In this document: piece after piece, positions 63,252-64,000 of the stretch
How the letters are laid out: each line of letters begins with the position of its first letter
How positions within the stretch are numbered: the stretch's first letter is position 1
Source of the DNA: Hamiltosporidium tvaerminnensis FI-OER-3-3
Taxonomy: Eukaryota > Fungi > Microsporidia
NCBI GenBank assembly: GCA_022605425.2
Contig: JAKIMF020000013.1
Location: 851,173-915,172 of the forward strand
Reading direction: 5' to 3'
DNA: 64,000 nucleotides
Translations under genes and position numbers: made by a program
The notes under the pieces: model-generated
The model's database searches: none
What the model saw: only the letters and a program-made list of their open reading frames with translations
Told to the model about the DNA's origin: nothing

Positions 63252-64000
63252 TAGGGTTAGGGTTAGGGTTAGGGTTAGGGTTAGGGTTAGGGTTAGGGTT
63301 AGGGTTAGGGTTAGGGTTAGGGTTAGGGTTAGGGTTAGGGTTAGGGTTAGGGTTAGGGTTAGGGTTAGGGTTAGGGTTAGGGTTAGGGTTAGGGTTAGGG
63401 TTAGGGTTAGGGTTAGGGTTAGGGTTAGGGTTAGGGTTAGGGTTAGGGTTAGGGTTAGGGGTTAGGGTTAGGGTTAGGGTTAGGGTTAGGGTTAGGGTTA
63501 GGGTTAGGGTTAGGGTTAGGGTTAGGGTTAGGGTTAGGGTTAGGGTTAGGGTTAGGGTTAGGGTTAGGGTTAGGGTTAGGGTTAGGGTTAGGGTTAGGGT
63601 TAGGGTTAGGGTTAGGGTTAGGGTTAGGGTTAGGGTTAGGGTTAGGGTTAGGGTTAGGGTTAGGGTTAGGGTTAGGGTTAGGGTTAGGGTTAGGGTTAGG
63701 GTTAGGGTTAGGGTTAGGGTTAGGGTTAGGGTTAGGGTTAGGGTTAGGGTTAGGGTTAGGGTTAGGGTTAGGGTTAGGGTTAGGGTTAGGGTTAGGGTTA
63801 GGGTTAGGGTTAGGGTTAGGGTTAGGGTTAGGGTTAGGGTTAGGGTTAGGGTTAGGGTTAGGGTTAGGGTTAGGGTTAGGGTTAGGGTTAGGGTTAGGGT
63901 TAGGGTTAGGGTTAGGGTTAGGGTTAGGGTTAGGGTTAGGGTTAGGGTTAGGGTTAGGGTTAGGGTTAGGGTTAGGGTTAGGGTTAGGGTTAGGGTTAGG
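63252..64000 (+). repeat. Telomeric array (TTAGGG)n
   Basis: About 124 units to the window end, G-rich strand pointing outward; one TTAGGGG variant at 63455-63461. Confidence 0.99.

Overview
Chromosome end (about 750 bp of TTAGGG at 63252-64000) of a very AT-rich, gene-sparse eukaryote. Divergent intronless RPL3, CCC motifs just upstream of start codons and secreted LRR families point to a large-genome microsporidian (Hamiltosporidium-like; inference only). Intact genes: a partial LRR gene missed by the ORF track (1-401, minus), a PH-like protein, a PSP1-C protein, RPL3, an acidic secreted protein, a 7-TM DUF4203-like protein and two signal-peptide LRR proteins whose N-termini resemble Skp1/BTB. 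Several secreted or surface genes are frameshifted or interrupted by stops (pseudokinase, TM-PPTNT-WH2-like gene, Ser/Pro mucin-like paralog, 47-49 kb gene). Intergenic DNA holds at least four non-autonomous retroposon families, three with visible target-site duplications. Two families share an unrecognised ~100-bp head, one is tRNA-derived and one is an RTE-derived bipartite element nested in another repeat. There are also remnants of an R2-superfamily (RLE) LINE. Housekeeping genes sit in minisatellite-flanked islands whose C/G skew flips inside the gene. All family assignments are by eye or recall; no searches were run.
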